A stretch of DNA of 64,000 bases, taken from positions 313,117-377,116 of the forward strand of contig CBDBIG010000003.1 of assembly GCA_965205845.1 (NCBI GenBank), in the 5' to 3' direction. Both the position numbers and the translations under genes were made by a program. Under the pieces are notes generated by a model that was not told the origin of the DNA, searched no databases, and saw nothing but the letters and a program-made list of their open reading frames with translations. This document shows, one piece after another, positions 8,867-18,203 of the stretch (positions are counted from its first letter, which is position 1; each line of letters opens with the position of its first letter). This DNA is from a bacterium. Its GTDB lineage: Bacteria > SAR324 > JACQKK01.

Positions 8867-10123
8867 CTACAAGGAGACGGCAAGAACCAGACGTGCGGCA
8901 GACCACTCAATCAGCGGTTCCTTCAACCCAGCCAGAGAGTATGGCGTGATTGATTTGATGGTATACTCAAAGCCATAGGAAACGTTGTTTCGCTTTCTTA
9001 GCAGACCAATATTCGTAAAAGAAACCTCTTCTTGTTTAATGCTCGTACCGGTGTTGGTCTCTTCATTGACCTGTTGAAAATAAACCTCCGTATTAGGAAA
9101 ACGAAATTTTAGCGCTATGGCAAGGTCTGTTTTTTCCGGGATAATGGTGTCGCGGTCAAGGCTTGTGCTCCCTGCAACGAGTGCCGCTGACGCCGAGTTG
9201 GCACCTATGCTAATCACCCGCGAAAGCTTTGTTTGGGTTGACTCCACCCCTATGTAAAAACCACCAAAATTAACGGCAAACTCCCCCACATTACCAGAAG
9301 CCTCGGTTTCAACATCGTTATCATCCGCCGCGGAAACCCCACCTACCCGCGAACCCCGCGCAAAAGCAAAAACATCGCGATACCCTATTTTCCAACGCCT
9401 ACCTACATAGCTAAAATAGGATAGAATGCTTTGTTGGCTGCCAACAGCAAATGTTCGCCCACGGGCAGTACGGTCGCAGCGAAGTGAACACCCACTGCTC
9501 ACACTCATGCCAACGATCAAGCCAATGGGCAGTTGAAAGCGCAGGTCAATCGCCCCTAAATCACGAGGTGTCAACTGGTTTACGCCATCGCTGCGCACCG
9601 GCGCATAGCCTGGTTGAATGTCAGCAAAACCCGTACCTTCAATGCCTGGCAAGCGACCTATGTCCACAAGTAAAAAATCGGTGGCGCGCCAACGTACCCG
9701 CACCTGCGCGGTTTGCACCCCACCCGTTTGAAACACATCGTTTCTCAATACGTCATTTCTGCCACCCTCGGTGAGGGCAACATCCTGCTCGCCATTGCGG
9801 TTGCCCACCCCATATTGTGCACCGCGCACACGAAAGCGAAAATAATACGCGAAATCGCGTCCGCCCGTAAGTGCCACGCTTGATTGGACGGCGGTAAAGT
9901 AAGAATTCTCGCTTACAGGGCCCTTCGAGCCCACAGGCACTGCCTTAAGCGAGATGTCTCCAAAAGAGGCATCAACATCTCCGCTAAACTTGGGATATTT
10001 GTTTAAATCCTGGATCACTCCTGATGATGCAAGCGCGCTGGCGGCTTGCCCCCAAGCGTTGCTGCCCCATGCAAAGCATAAAACGAGCAAGGTGGTATTC
10101 AATAAGAAGCGTATCATACTCAA
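8867..10123 (-). CDS. Predicted outer-membrane beta-barrel (porin-like) protein, paralog B
   Basis: Signal peptide MSMIRFLLNTTLLVLCFAWGSNAWGQ, and the same IGRLPGIEGTGFADIQP / GAIDLRF / SSGCSLRC motifs as paralog A. Confidence 0.65.
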   Translation of the reverse strand: MSMIRFLLNTTLLVLCFAWGSNAWGQAASALASSGVIQDLNKYPKFSGDVDASFGDISLKAVPVGSKGPVSENSYFTAVQSSVALTGGRDFAYYFRFRVRGAQYGVGNRNGEQDVALTEGGRNDVLRNDVFQTGGVQTAQVRVRWRATDFLLVDIGRLPGIEGTGFADIQPGYAPVRSDGVNQLTPRDLGAIDLRFQLPIGLIVGMSVSSGCSLRCDRTARGRTFAVGSQQSILSYFSYVGRRWKIGYRDVFAFARGSRVGGVSAADDNDVETEASGNVGEFAVNFGGFYIGVESTQTKLSRVISIGANSASAALVAGSTSLDRDTIIPEKTDLAIALKFRFPNTEVYFQQVNEETNTGTSIKQEEVSFTNIGLLRKRNNVSYGFEYTIKSITPYSLAGLKEPLIEWSAARLVLAVSL

Positions 10124-10399
10124 AACAGCAACAAAGCAGTACTAAAACGGGTGCGCCAGAAAAAATCAGCAAGCTTGCGGCCAATTTTACACCGTAAACC
10201 AAAGCAAACGGCCCAATGCTCTACGCAGAAAAACTCCCCAAGCACACCAATTTGGCCAAATCAACACACACACCCGTAGACCCTACTATTCCCTATTGGG
10301 AATCGGCAAGTGTTTTTTGTTGCTTTTGCCACCCCACTGCACTTTGCATCCAAACACTTTGTGAACACTTTGGTTAATGAGGTATGCGAACGAGTCTTT

Positions 10400-11260
10400 T
10401 TACCATTTATGGGTGATCTTCACACGGCCTTCCCATTGATTGAGCCATGTGTTGCGTGCATTGGCTAACGCATGTGCATGTTTTTGCCGTGCCTTTTGCA
10501 ATGCGCCATGTGTTGCGTTGACGTAAATGCCTGTTCCCAGTAACACAAGCAAACTGGCACCCCCATGCGTTGGCTTACGTTGGTGGTGGGCAATGCCCAA
10601 GCCAATTAAGCCCAAACTTAGCAGCAAGCTCCACCATCCTTCCTGGGTTTCCCCTTGGTAAAAAAAGCCCCCTCCAGGAAATGCACTGCCCCATGCTTGC
10701 ACCTGATTTTGTGTATGCTTTGGGTAAGGAGCACCCAATGTGGGAGGCAAAAAGGGGATAGGTTTGGCGCTATGTCGAGCCCAGTGGGTTAAACTTTGCG
10801 TTGCGCGTGCTATTTTACCTTGGGCAATTTGTGCGCTGGCGAGCAACGCCCATGCTTTTTGCAGGTGGGGACCCTTGGGATATTGATCCAAAAAAGCATA
10901 TGCCAGGCGTTCGGTGATCCGATGGCGCTTTGCTGCTTGGTAAAGGATGATTTGCTGTATTTTTGCCCTTGGAATTTGGGGGTGCTGCGGGGCTTGAATC
11001 ATAAAGCGCAGCAGTTCCGACTCGGCGCGGTGTAAATCGTTTGACTGCATTAAAAAATCAATCCAACCAAACAAACCTTTGCTAGCCCTATCAAGCGCTA
11101 CCTGCTGGGTTGCCGGGCCTGTGTTTTGGCCCCAAGGTACCGCCGCCTGTAAACCAAAGGATGGCGGTGCTGCGTTCGCTTTTTGGGTGGGTGTCTGGGG
11201 CTGGGCAAAACCCGTGCCCCACCACCATGTAAACAGTAAACACACCGCCAGTCCCATGCT
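10400..11260 (-). CDS. Hypothetical secreted/membrane-anchored protein (helical, repeat-like)
   Basis: 313-aa ORF. The probable start is the internal Met of MGLAVCLLFTWWWGTGFAQP (signal peptide). A hydrophobic segment LLLSLGLIGLGIAHH lies near the C-terminal third. No recognisable catalytic motif. Confidence 0.4.
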   Translation of the reverse strand, partial: SMGLAVCLLFTWWWGTGFAQPQTPTQKANAAPPSFGLQAAVPWGQNTGPATQQVALDRASKGLFGWIDFLMQSNDLHRAESELLRFMIQAPQHPQIPRAKIQQIILYQAAKRHRITERLAYAFLDQYPKGPHLQKAWALLASAQIAQGKIARATQSLTHWARHSAKPIPFLPPTLGAPYPKHTQNQVQAWGSAFPGGGFFYQGETQEGWWSLLLSLGLIGLGIAHHQRKPTHGGASLLVLLGTGIYVNATHGALQKARQKHAHALANARNTWLNQWEGRVKITHKW

Positions 11261-11443
11261 AAAATTTGGCCGACCACAGCGGAGCCGCGCATGTTTTGAG
11301 CGAAGAGTGCTGTGAGGAGGTCTGCTGTGAAATAACCGCATTTTTTTAGAGTACCGTCGGTTACTAACGAGATAGCATGCGCTATGAAGTGAAGGCGACC
11401 TTAGCCTTCCATTTGGTTCAACAGCGTACGAGGCTCCTCGCTT

Positions 11444-12160
11444 TTAGCGGGTGCCGTCTATTTCGAGGGGTTTAATTAGGGTGTCATCCAAGCGTTGTGC
11501 GTGGTGCTCGTCTTGCGGGGCTGCATCATCCTCCCCAACTTCCTCGTTGTCATCCAAGCGTTGTGCGTGGTGCTCGTCTTGCGGGGCTGCATCATCCTCC
11601 CCAACTTCCTCGTGACTAAAGAGCCCATCTTGGGGCAGTTCTGGGATATCTAAAGCCTCAAGGGTGGGGAGTTCTTTTAAGGTGCTAATGCCAAACAGGC
11701 TAAAAAATTTACCTGCCACCCCGTATAGCAAAGGGCGTCCGGGGCCTTCATCGCGCCCTGTGATGCGTACCAGGCGTTTTTCTAACAAGCCACGCAAACC
11801 GTTTGAAGAATCGACTCCACGTAAATGCTCTACTTCTGCGCGGCTGACGGGCTGACGGTAGGCAATGATGGATAAAATTTCCAACGCCGCAGGGGAAAGT
11901 TTGGTGGGTTTGTAACGGCTCAGCTGGCTTAGCCATGGTTTAAACATGGGCAGTGTGCGCATTTGGTAGGCTTCGCCCACTTTGGCAATATGAAACGCGT
12001 GCTCGGCCGTGCTGTATTGTTGGTTTAGGGTTTTAACCATGGAAGCAATACGTAAAGTACCATGCGGTTTAAGCAGGCGGTTTAATGCATGGCTCGAAAC
12101 AGGGTCGGCGCTGGAAAACAAAACCGCCTCCAAGACCCTCTTTGCATCGTTGTCTTCCAT
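11444..12160 (-). CDS. scpB: Segregation and condensation protein B
   Basis: N-terminal LEAVLFSSADPVS, winged-helix region SRAEVEHLRGVDSSNGLRGLLEKRLVRITGRDEGPGRPLLYGV, and an acidic C-terminal tail. Confidence 0.8.
   Translation of the reverse strand: MEDNDAKRVLEAVLFSSADPVSSHALNRLLKPHGTLRIASMVKTLNQQYSTAEHAFHIAKVGEAYQMRTLPMFKPWLSQLSRYKPTKLSPAALEILSIIAYRQPVSRAEVEHLRGVDSSNGLRGLLEKRLVRITGRDEGPGRPLLYGVAGKFFSLFGISTLKELPTLEALDIPELPQDGLFSHEEVGEDDAAPQDEHHAQRLDDNEEVGEDDAAPQDEHHAQRLDDTLIKPLEIDGTR
11483..11614. repeat. In-frame 66-bp tandem duplication inside the scpB 3' coding region (22-aa acidic repeat EEVGEDDAAPQDEHHAQRLDD x2)
   Basis: Identical 66-bp units at 11483-11548 and 11549-11614. 66 = 22 codons, so the reading frame is preserved. 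Confidence 0.9.
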
Positions 12161-12292
12161 AGACGTTTGCTTGTAATGGTTTTTTAGGCAATGATATAAA
12201 AACGGTGCACAGACACTGTGACAGTGGCCTAGGTGGTGGTCTCCGCACCCTTAAAATTGGGATAACGGGCTCGGCGGCGGGATAAAAAGCGC

Positions 12293-12646
12293 TCAAAAAA
12301 TCCAGGTACGCAAGATGCTCGCAAGTCTGCTGCGGATCCAAGCAAAAAGCAATGCCATCCCCAGACAATCGGTGATGATCCCAGGGGCCACCAACAACCA
12401 CCCCCCCAATACCATCAAGCAAGCTTCCATTCCTTCAAGGGTAGGCATGCGGTTGTTATGCCAGTCTGAATGGATGCTGGTCCACAAGGTCAGGCTCTCA
12501 CGCCGTGCCACCCAAAACCCTGCTAGCGCCGTAATGCTGCAAAGCACCACCAAAAACGCGGCTTCAAGGCGCAACCTAATCACCAGCATTACCTCCAACC
12601 ATGGGAGGATAAAAAGTGCCGCAATGCCCCACTTCAATCTCGTCAC
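12293..12646 (-). CDS. fxsA: FxsA-family inner-membrane protein
   Basis: LKWGIAALFILPWLEVMLVIRLRLEAAFLVVLCSITALAGFWVARRES and MVLGGWLLVAPGIITDCLGMALLFAW align with E. coli FxsA (LPFIAIFLYVYIEISIF... and LLLLLPGFFTDFLGLLLLLP). The ORF-track ATG at 12829 would overlap lipA by 83 bp. The true start is probably a GTG/TTG near 12646 and is uncertain. Confidence 0.55.
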   Translation of the reverse strand: MTRLKWGIAALFILPWLEVMLVIRLRLEAAFLVVLCSITALAGFWVARRESLTLWTSIHSDWHNNRMPTLEGMEACLMVLGGWLLVAPGIITDCLGMALLFAWIRSRLASILRTWIF

Positions 12647-12746
12647 CCACTCCCATCGCCAGTGTTTGTAGGCAGCGGGCCCTAGCACAAGCAAAACGTA
12701 CACCCACAAGGGGCTTCGCCACCACCACGCCCTACCTTCCAAAACC

Positions 12747-13673
12747 TTACCTGCGCAATTGTTGTTCAATATAAAATTCTGCTGCACGGTAAGAACTACG
12801 CACCAACGGACCAGAGGCCGTATAGGCAAAACCCATCTTTAACCCCGCTTGCTCAAGGGATTTAAAGTATGCTGGGGCCAGGTATTCTTGCACATTCAGC
12901 TTGCGCTGTGCGGGTTTAAGATACTGGCCAATGGTTAAAAACGAGACCCCGACCTTGCGTAGGTCTCCCATGGCTTCGAGGACCTCCTCCTCGCTTTCGC
13001 CCAGCCCTACCATGAGGGAGGATTTGGTTTTTATGGCGGGGGTATCGTGCTTTACTTGCTCAAGCAATTGCAAGGATTGCGTATAGGTAGCCCTTGGATC
13101 GCGTACTTTGGGGGTCAGGCGGCGCACGGTTTCCAAGTTATGTGCAAAAACCGCAGGCTTGGCATCCACCACCACTTTGGCATGCTCAAAACGTCCTTGA
13201 AAATCCGGGGTAAGGACCTCGATGAGCAACTGTGGGTTGGCCAGTTGGGTACGGCGAATGGTTTCGGCCACATGATGGGCCCCTTGATCGGGAAGATCGT
13301 CGCGATTCACGGTGGTGAGTACCACATAATTCAGTTTCATCTGGCGAATGGTCTCGGCAATATTCACCGGTTCGGTGGTGTCTAAAGGTTCAGGGTTGCG
13401 TGCGGTCGTAACCGCACAAAAACGGCAACCACGTGTGCAGGCATCGCCCATGAGCATAAACGTGGCGGTTCCGCCCTGCCAGCATTCGCCTATATTGGGG
13501 CAACGGGCTTCCTCGCACACGGTGTGCAAGCGCAAATTGCGTGCTTGGGACTGAATCCAGTGGTAGCGTTCGCCTGAAGGAATTTTAACCTTAAGCCAAT
13601 TCGGTTTGCGAAGAGGGGGATTTTCCGTGGGTTGTGGTTCATTTTTTTCGATGGGGGGCATCACGGGTGGCAT
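12747..13673 (-). CDS. lipA: Lipoyl synthase
   Basis: CEEARCPNIGECW...TATFMLMGDACTRGCRFCAV, i.e. both Fe-S cysteine motifs of LipA. Confidence 0.92.
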   Translation of the reverse strand: MPPVMPPIEKNEPQPTENPPLRKPNWLKVKIPSGERYHWIQSQARNLRLHTVCEEARCPNIGECWQGGTATFMLMGDACTRGCRFCAVTTARNPEPLDTTEPVNIAETIRQMKLNYVVLTTVNRDDLPDQGAHHVAETIRRTQLANPQLLIEVLTPDFQGRFEHAKVVVDAKPAVFAHNLETVRRLTPKVRDPRATYTQSLQLLEQVKHDTPAIKTKSSLMVGLGESEEEVLEAMGDLRKVGVSFLTIGQYLKPAQRKLNVQEYLAPAYFKSLEQAGLKMGFAYTASGPLVRSSYRAAEFYIEQQLRR

Positions 13674-14052
13674 CCCTTTTTTGGTGTCCGTTTGGAATTA
13701 TTTTTAGCGCAAACCGCCTTCATTGTGACAATTTTTCGATGGCAATGCCAGTGTTGCAAGAGCAATTTTTTAAAAATTTCTGCTGGAGCGAACGCTAGCG
13801 ACAAAACATCAAGGGGTACGATCATACCATACTTTCGAAAATGGATGGCGTTACGCCAGCACGGTTTTTTATGGAAGTTTCAAGGGGTGCACTGCCATAA
13901 ACTTACGGTCGGTATGGGGAATAGATGAGAGGCGCAACGGCTTGAAGGTGGTGGTTTTAAGCTGCGCACAAAGCATGTTGCTCAAACTTGTTGTAGACAA
14001 CACTTGCATCCAAAAGCAAAATGGGGGAAGGTTTTGTGGATGGCGTTGAGAT

Positions 14053-14124
14053 GGCGACGTAGCCAAGTGGTAAGGCAGAGGTTTGCAAAACCTTGTACCA
14101 CCGGTTCGACTCCGGTCGTCGCCT
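14053..14124 (+). tRNA. tRNA-Cys (anticodon GCA)
   Basis: GGCGACGTAGCCAAGTGGTAAGGCAGAGGTTTGCAAAACCTTGTACCACCGGTTCGACTCCGGTCGTCGCC. The 7-bp acceptor stem GGCGACG/CGTCGCC pairs. The anticodon loop is tt-GCA-aa. A T-arm GGTTCGACTCC is present. Confidence 0.85.
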
Positions 14125-14387
14125 TTTGCTGTTGCTTACTCAAAAAATAAGCACCCGTGGGTTTTGCCAGTGTGGGGTTCGCCAAATAGAGCCGGTGGTT
14201 TACCACGCATAGGACTGCTGGTGTTCGCTGGTGATGGTGCCCGCTTAGGCCAGCGTTGCTTGTTGCAGCTAAGAATTGCTATGTACCAAGGTGCCTTTTG
14301 GGCGTGGTTTACGGCCAATCCGCCAAAAGGGTTGTTCATCAGCAATGCAGGTGAAGTCGACAAAAAGGGCAAGCGCAAAGTGGGTTG

Positions 14388-14471
14388 GCCTGGGTGGCGG
14401 AATTGGTAGACGCAAGGGACTTAAAATCCCTCGCTCGTAAGGGTGTGCGGGTTCGAGTCCCGCCCTAGGCA
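14388..14471 (+). tRNA. tRNA-Leu (anticodon TAA), long variable arm
   Basis: GCCTGGGTGGCGGAATTGGTAGACGCAAGGGACTTAAAATCCCTCGCTCGTAAGGGTGTGCGGGTTCGAGTCCCGCCCTAGGCA. The acceptor stem pairs with one G-U. The anticodon stem is AGGGA/TCCCT with loop cTTAAaa. Class II variable arm. Confidence 0.85.
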
Positions 14472-14540
14472 TGAGAATTTGACAAAAAATATTCGATTAA
14501 GCCATCGCAGGCTTTTATGAGCGGTATATAAATCCCAAAC

Positions 14541-15173
14541 ATGGTGCATATAATGATACGTATTTTAGGCAGAAAAAACTCGATCAACGTCATGAAGGCC
14601 CTTTGGTGCGCCCGTGAGGTTGGAGCAGACTATGAGCGCCTGGACTATGGCGGTGCTTTTGGCAAAGTCGACGAGGCAGACTATCTGGCCAAAAACCCCA
14701 ATGGTCGCATCCCTACCATGGAAGATGGCGACATCACCTTGTGGGAATCCAACGTGATTGTACGCTACATGGCCGAAAAATATGGCTCAAATGGCATGTT
14801 CCCTGGCAGTGCAAAAGTGCGCTGGAATGCGGAAAAATGGATGGATTGGCAGCAAACCACCTTGAATGTGGCCATGAGCCCCGCATTTTGGGGGCTGGTG
14901 CGGACCCCACCGGAAAAACGTGATCGACAATCCATTCAAAATTCGGTGGATGCGAGCAATCGGTGCTGGCTGTTGTTAGACAGGCACTTGGCCAAGACTC
15001 CCTACATTGTGGGTGATCAGTTGACCATGGCCGATATTCCAGTGGGTTGCGGGGTGTATCGCTGGTTTGCCATGGAGGTGGAACGCCCAAAAATGCCCCA
15101 TGTAAATGCTTGGTACCAGCGCTTACAGCAACGCCCTGCCTTTTGTGAGCATGTAATGCAACCCCTTACGTAA
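14541..15173 (+). CDS. Glutathione S-transferase family protein
   Basis: N-terminal thioredoxin-like GST domain (SINVMKALWCAREVGADYERLD, IPTMEDGDITLWESNVIVRYMAEKYG), then a helical C-terminal domain. Confidence 0.75.
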   Translation: MVHIMIRILGRKNSINVMKALWCAREVGADYERLDYGGAFGKVDEADYLAKNPNGRIPTMEDGDITLWESNVIVRYMAEKYGSNGMFPGSAKVRWNAEKWMDWQQTTLNVAMSPAFWGLVRTPPEKRDRQSIQNSVDASNRCWLLLDRHLAKTPYIVGDQLTMADIPVGCGVYRWFAMEVERPKMPHVNAWYQRLQQRPAFCEHVMQPLT

Positions 15174-15253
15174 ACGCAATTGTTAACCCTATACAAACAA
15201 TCCTCTTTGCCCTCAAACCATCACTTAAGAATGCGGTGAAGGGTTAAAAAAGG

Positions 15254-15952
15254 GTGTCACACGCGAAAAATTGGGATGCCTGTTTGGAAGATTTATACTT
15301 TAAGCAGTTGTTGCTGGGGCCCATGGAGAATTTTGTCTACCTCATTGGCTCGCACTCGAGCAAGGAGGCTTTGGTGGTTGACCCTGCATGGCAGGTACAA
15401 CGCATTTTAGACATCCTGGCCCAAGATGACATGCAATTAAAAGGAATGCTGATTACCCACACCCATTTTGATCACGTGGGGGGGGATTTTCAAGGTAACC
15501 ATGTTGAAGGGGTGGAGCACTTGATGGAGAAACACCCCACCCGCGTTTACGTGCACAAAGCAGAGGCTAATTTTGCCCCCTTGCCCATGAGTGAACTGGT
15601 GGCGGTCGAAAACAACCATCAAATTACGCTAGGAAAGGTTGTTGTGCAATGCATTCATACCCCTGGTCATACCCCAGGGTCCCAGTGTTTTAAACTGGAT
15701 GACAGGCTGGTTGCTGGCGATACCTTGTTTATTGGTTCCTGCGGACGTACCGATTTACCGGGGGGCGATGCAGGGGAATTGTATGATAGTTTGACTCAAA
15801 AGCTGATGAAATTAGAAGAAAATACGCTGGTTTTTCCGGGCCACAATTATGCCCATGGACAGTGCAATACCACCATCATGGCCGAAAAAAAACACAATCC
15901 TTTTTTTGGTTTTTCTTCCCGCAGTGCTTTTTTGGCTGCCATGGGATATTAG
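15254..15952 (+). CDS. MBL-fold metallo-hydrolase (hydroxyacylglutathione hydrolase-like)
   Basis: ITHTHFDHVGG (the H-x-H-x-D-H zinc motif), and downstream HTPGHTPGS and D (LVAGDTLF). Confidence 0.8.
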   Translation: MSHAKNWDACLEDLYFKQLLLGPMENFVYLIGSHSSKEALVVDPAWQVQRILDILAQDDMQLKGMLITHTHFDHVGGDFQGNHVEGVEHLMEKHPTRVYVHKAEANFAPLPMSELVAVENNHQITLGKVVVQCIHTPGHTPGSQCFKLDDRLVAGDTLFIGSCGRTDLPGGDAGELYDSLTQKLMKLEENTLVFPGHNYAHGQCNTTIMAEKKHNPFFGFSSRSAFLAAMGY

Positions 15953-16016
15953 TTTTTAGGGGTGGGACAAGGTTTTTGCCAACCGCCAATGGCGGGCAGC
16001 CCGCCCCACGCAAGAT

Positions 16017-16128
16017 GTGTGCTGTGATGCCCATAGGTGGCAAGGCAAGCAAAAGTGCCCCTTTGTGCGGGTGTGTGCTGTGATGCCCATAGGTGGCAGG
16101 GCAAGCAAAAGTGCCTCTTGCCCATGGA
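16017..16128. repeat. 56-bp tandem repeat x2 (GTGTGCTGTGATGCCCATAGGTGGCARGGCAAGCAAAAGTGCC...) upstream of leuB
   Basis: Near-identical units start at 16017 and 16073. Confidence 0.85.
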
Positions 16129-16164
16129 TTCCAATGCTTTTTTAATTCAATCCTCCTTTATTGA

Positions 16165-17283
16165 ATGCCGCTAACCATGAATAAAAAACTTTTGCTCATG
16201 CCGGGAGATGGGGTAGGGCCTGAGGTTATCGAACAAGCGAAACGCGTTTTCGAAGCCCTTGTTTCCCGTGAAGGGCTAGCATTTGAGGTCGATGAGGCCT
16301 TGATTGGTGGTGCAGCTTACGATGCCAGTGGCTCGCCTTTGCCCTTCGAAAGCCTGAGCAAAGCGCGCGAAGCCGATGCCATTTTACTGGGAGCAGTGGG
16401 CGGAGGAAAATGGGATACCTTGGCCGATCATGCCTTGCGTCCTGAACGTGGGTTGCTCCGATTGCGCTCGGAACTGGCCTTGTATGCCAATTTGCGGCCC
16501 GCCACCGTGCTCCCCCAATTGGTGCAGGCCTCCTCGTTAAAAAAGGAATGGGTCTCGGGCTGCGACTTGTTGGTGGTGCGTGAGCTCACGGGGGGAATTT
16601 ATTTTGGGACACCCCGTGGAATTGAGGGAGAGATAGGGCAGCGGCGTGGGTTTAACACCCTTGTGTATAGCGAGTCCGAAATTGAGCGCATTGTGCGGGT
16701 GGGCTGCGATGCGGCACTGGGCCGTGGGGGAGGCCTTTGCTCTGTGGATAAGGCCAATGTTTTAGAATGTTCGATGCTATGGCGCGAGGTGGCTGGCAAA
16801 ACAGCCTCCCAATACCAAGGGGTTACTTTAGAACACATGTACGTTGACAATGCAGCCATGCAACTGGTGCGCGACCCACGCCAGTTTGATGTGATTGTAA
16901 CGAGCAATATGTTTGGCGATATTTTAAGCGATGTTGCTGCCATGATCACGGGTTCGATTGGAATGCTGCCCTCGGCCAGCTTAGGGGATGGGGGGGGGCT
17001 GTACGAACCTGTACACGGTTCTGCCCCTGATATTGCAGGTCAAGACCGGGCTAACCCCTTGGCTGCCATTTTGTCGGTCGGCATGATGTTACGCCACAGT
17101 TTTCAACTTTCGCAGCTCGACGATTTGCTGCAAAACGCGGTGAAAGAAGTACTTAAAACCCATTGTACCGCCGATTTAAACATTGAAGGTGCCAAGGTGG
17201 TGGGTTGCACGGAAATGGGTGCGTTGGTAGAAAAGGCGATTGCCAAGCAAACCATGCCCAAGGCCGTTGCATCAAATACGTAA
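16165..17283 (+). CDS. leuB: 3-isopropylmalate dehydrogenase
   Basis: [14 protein letters not shown]-terminus, [11 protein letters not shown] and NMFGDILSD motifs of LeuB/IDH-family decarboxylating dehydrogenases. Contains a G9 tract at 16990-16998 (DGGGL). Confidence 0.9.
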   Translation: MPLTMNKKLLLMPGDGVGPEVIEQAKRVFEALVSREGLAFEVDEALIGGAAYDASGSPLPFESLSKAREADAILLGAVGGGKWDTLADHALRPERGLLRLRSELALYANLRPATVLPQLVQASSLKKEWVSGCDLLVVRELTGGIYFGTPRGIEGEIGQRRGFNTLVYSESEIERIVRVGCDAALGRGGGLCSVDKANVLECSMLWREVAGKTASQYQGVTLEHMYVDNAAMQLVRDPRQFDVIVTSNMFGDILSDVAAMITGSIGMLPSASLGDGGGLYEPVHGSAPDIAGQDRANPLAAILSVGMMLRHSFQLSQLDDLLQNAVKEVLKTHCTADLNIEGAKVVGCTEMGALVEKAIAKQTMPKAVASNT

Positions 17284-17339
17284 CACCGGATGATGACCGC
17301 GCCCACACAAAACACCCTCGTTCAAAGCGATAATAGTTC

Positions 17340-18203
17340 ATGCGTAAATCTGTTCACGTTTTTCATGCCAACGCTGCAAAATCTGCCAAGCCGCCTCCCG
17401 ATACACTTGAAGTGCAGGTGCGCCCCGCCGCCACCTTGGTGCTGCTCCGCGATGCTCCCAGCAAAGATGAAGCAAGCAGCGTGTTGCAGGTACTCCTTTT
17501 GCGCCGCACCCCCAAAGCGGGTTTTGCTGCCAACGCCTATGTGTTTCCTGGTGGGGCGGTCGATGTCCATGATTGTACCCCAAACGCCGCGCGATTGAGT
17601 ACCCTTAGCCAAGGGCAAGCGGGTAAAGCCCTTGGCCTTACGGCCCATCATGAAGCGTTGGGCTACTACCTTTGCGCGATTCGCGAAACCTTTGAAGAGG
17701 CCCTCATTTTGGTGGGGAGCAAAAAACACCGTGGAACCCAACCCGATGTGGTGGTTTTGCGCGAGGCTCGCGAGCAGATGCAAAACGGCAAGGTGGATTT
17801 TTTTTCGTGGCTACAAAAACAAGATCTCATGCTGCATGCAAAAGACTTGGTGTATTTTTCTCATTGGATTACCCCTAAGGGGTCTTCCCGCCGTTTTGAC
17901 ACGCGTTTTTTTGCCTGCCGTGCACCCAGTACGGCGGCTGTGGAGGTCGACAATGGCGAAATGCTGGCCAGCTGGTGGACCACACCCGCACAAGCCCTCG
18001 ACGCCTTGAAAGAACGCAGGATTGAAATGATGCACCCCACCGCGGCAACCTTACGGTTGCTCTTACAGCACCAAACAGTGAAGGACGCACTGCAAAATTT
18101 GGCTCAGCAACCTAAAGGCCCCGTACTGCCCAAACGGGTAACCACGCCCCAGGGCGAAATGCGCGTCCTGATGCCATGGGATAAGGATTATGAAAACGCT
18201 TAA
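17340..18203 (+). CDS. NUDIX-family hydrolase (putative)
   Basis: Nudix-box-like segment PGGAVDVHD...x...AIRETFEEALIL (G-x5-E-x7-REuxEExGu). Moderate confidence, motif-level only. Confidence 0.5.
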   Translation: MRKSVHVFHANAAKSAKPPPDTLEVQVRPAATLVLLRDAPSKDEASSVLQVLLLRRTPKAGFAANAYVFPGGAVDVHDCTPNAARLSTLSQGQAGKALGLTAHHEALGYYLCAIRETFEEALILVGSKKHRGTQPDVVVLREAREQMQNGKVDFFSWLQKQDLMLHAKDLVYFSHWITPKGSSRRFDTRFFACRAPSTAAVEVDNGEMLASWWTTPAQALDALKERRIEMMHPTAATLRLLLQHQTVKDALQNLAQQPKGPVLPKRVTTPQGEMRVLMPWDKDYENA

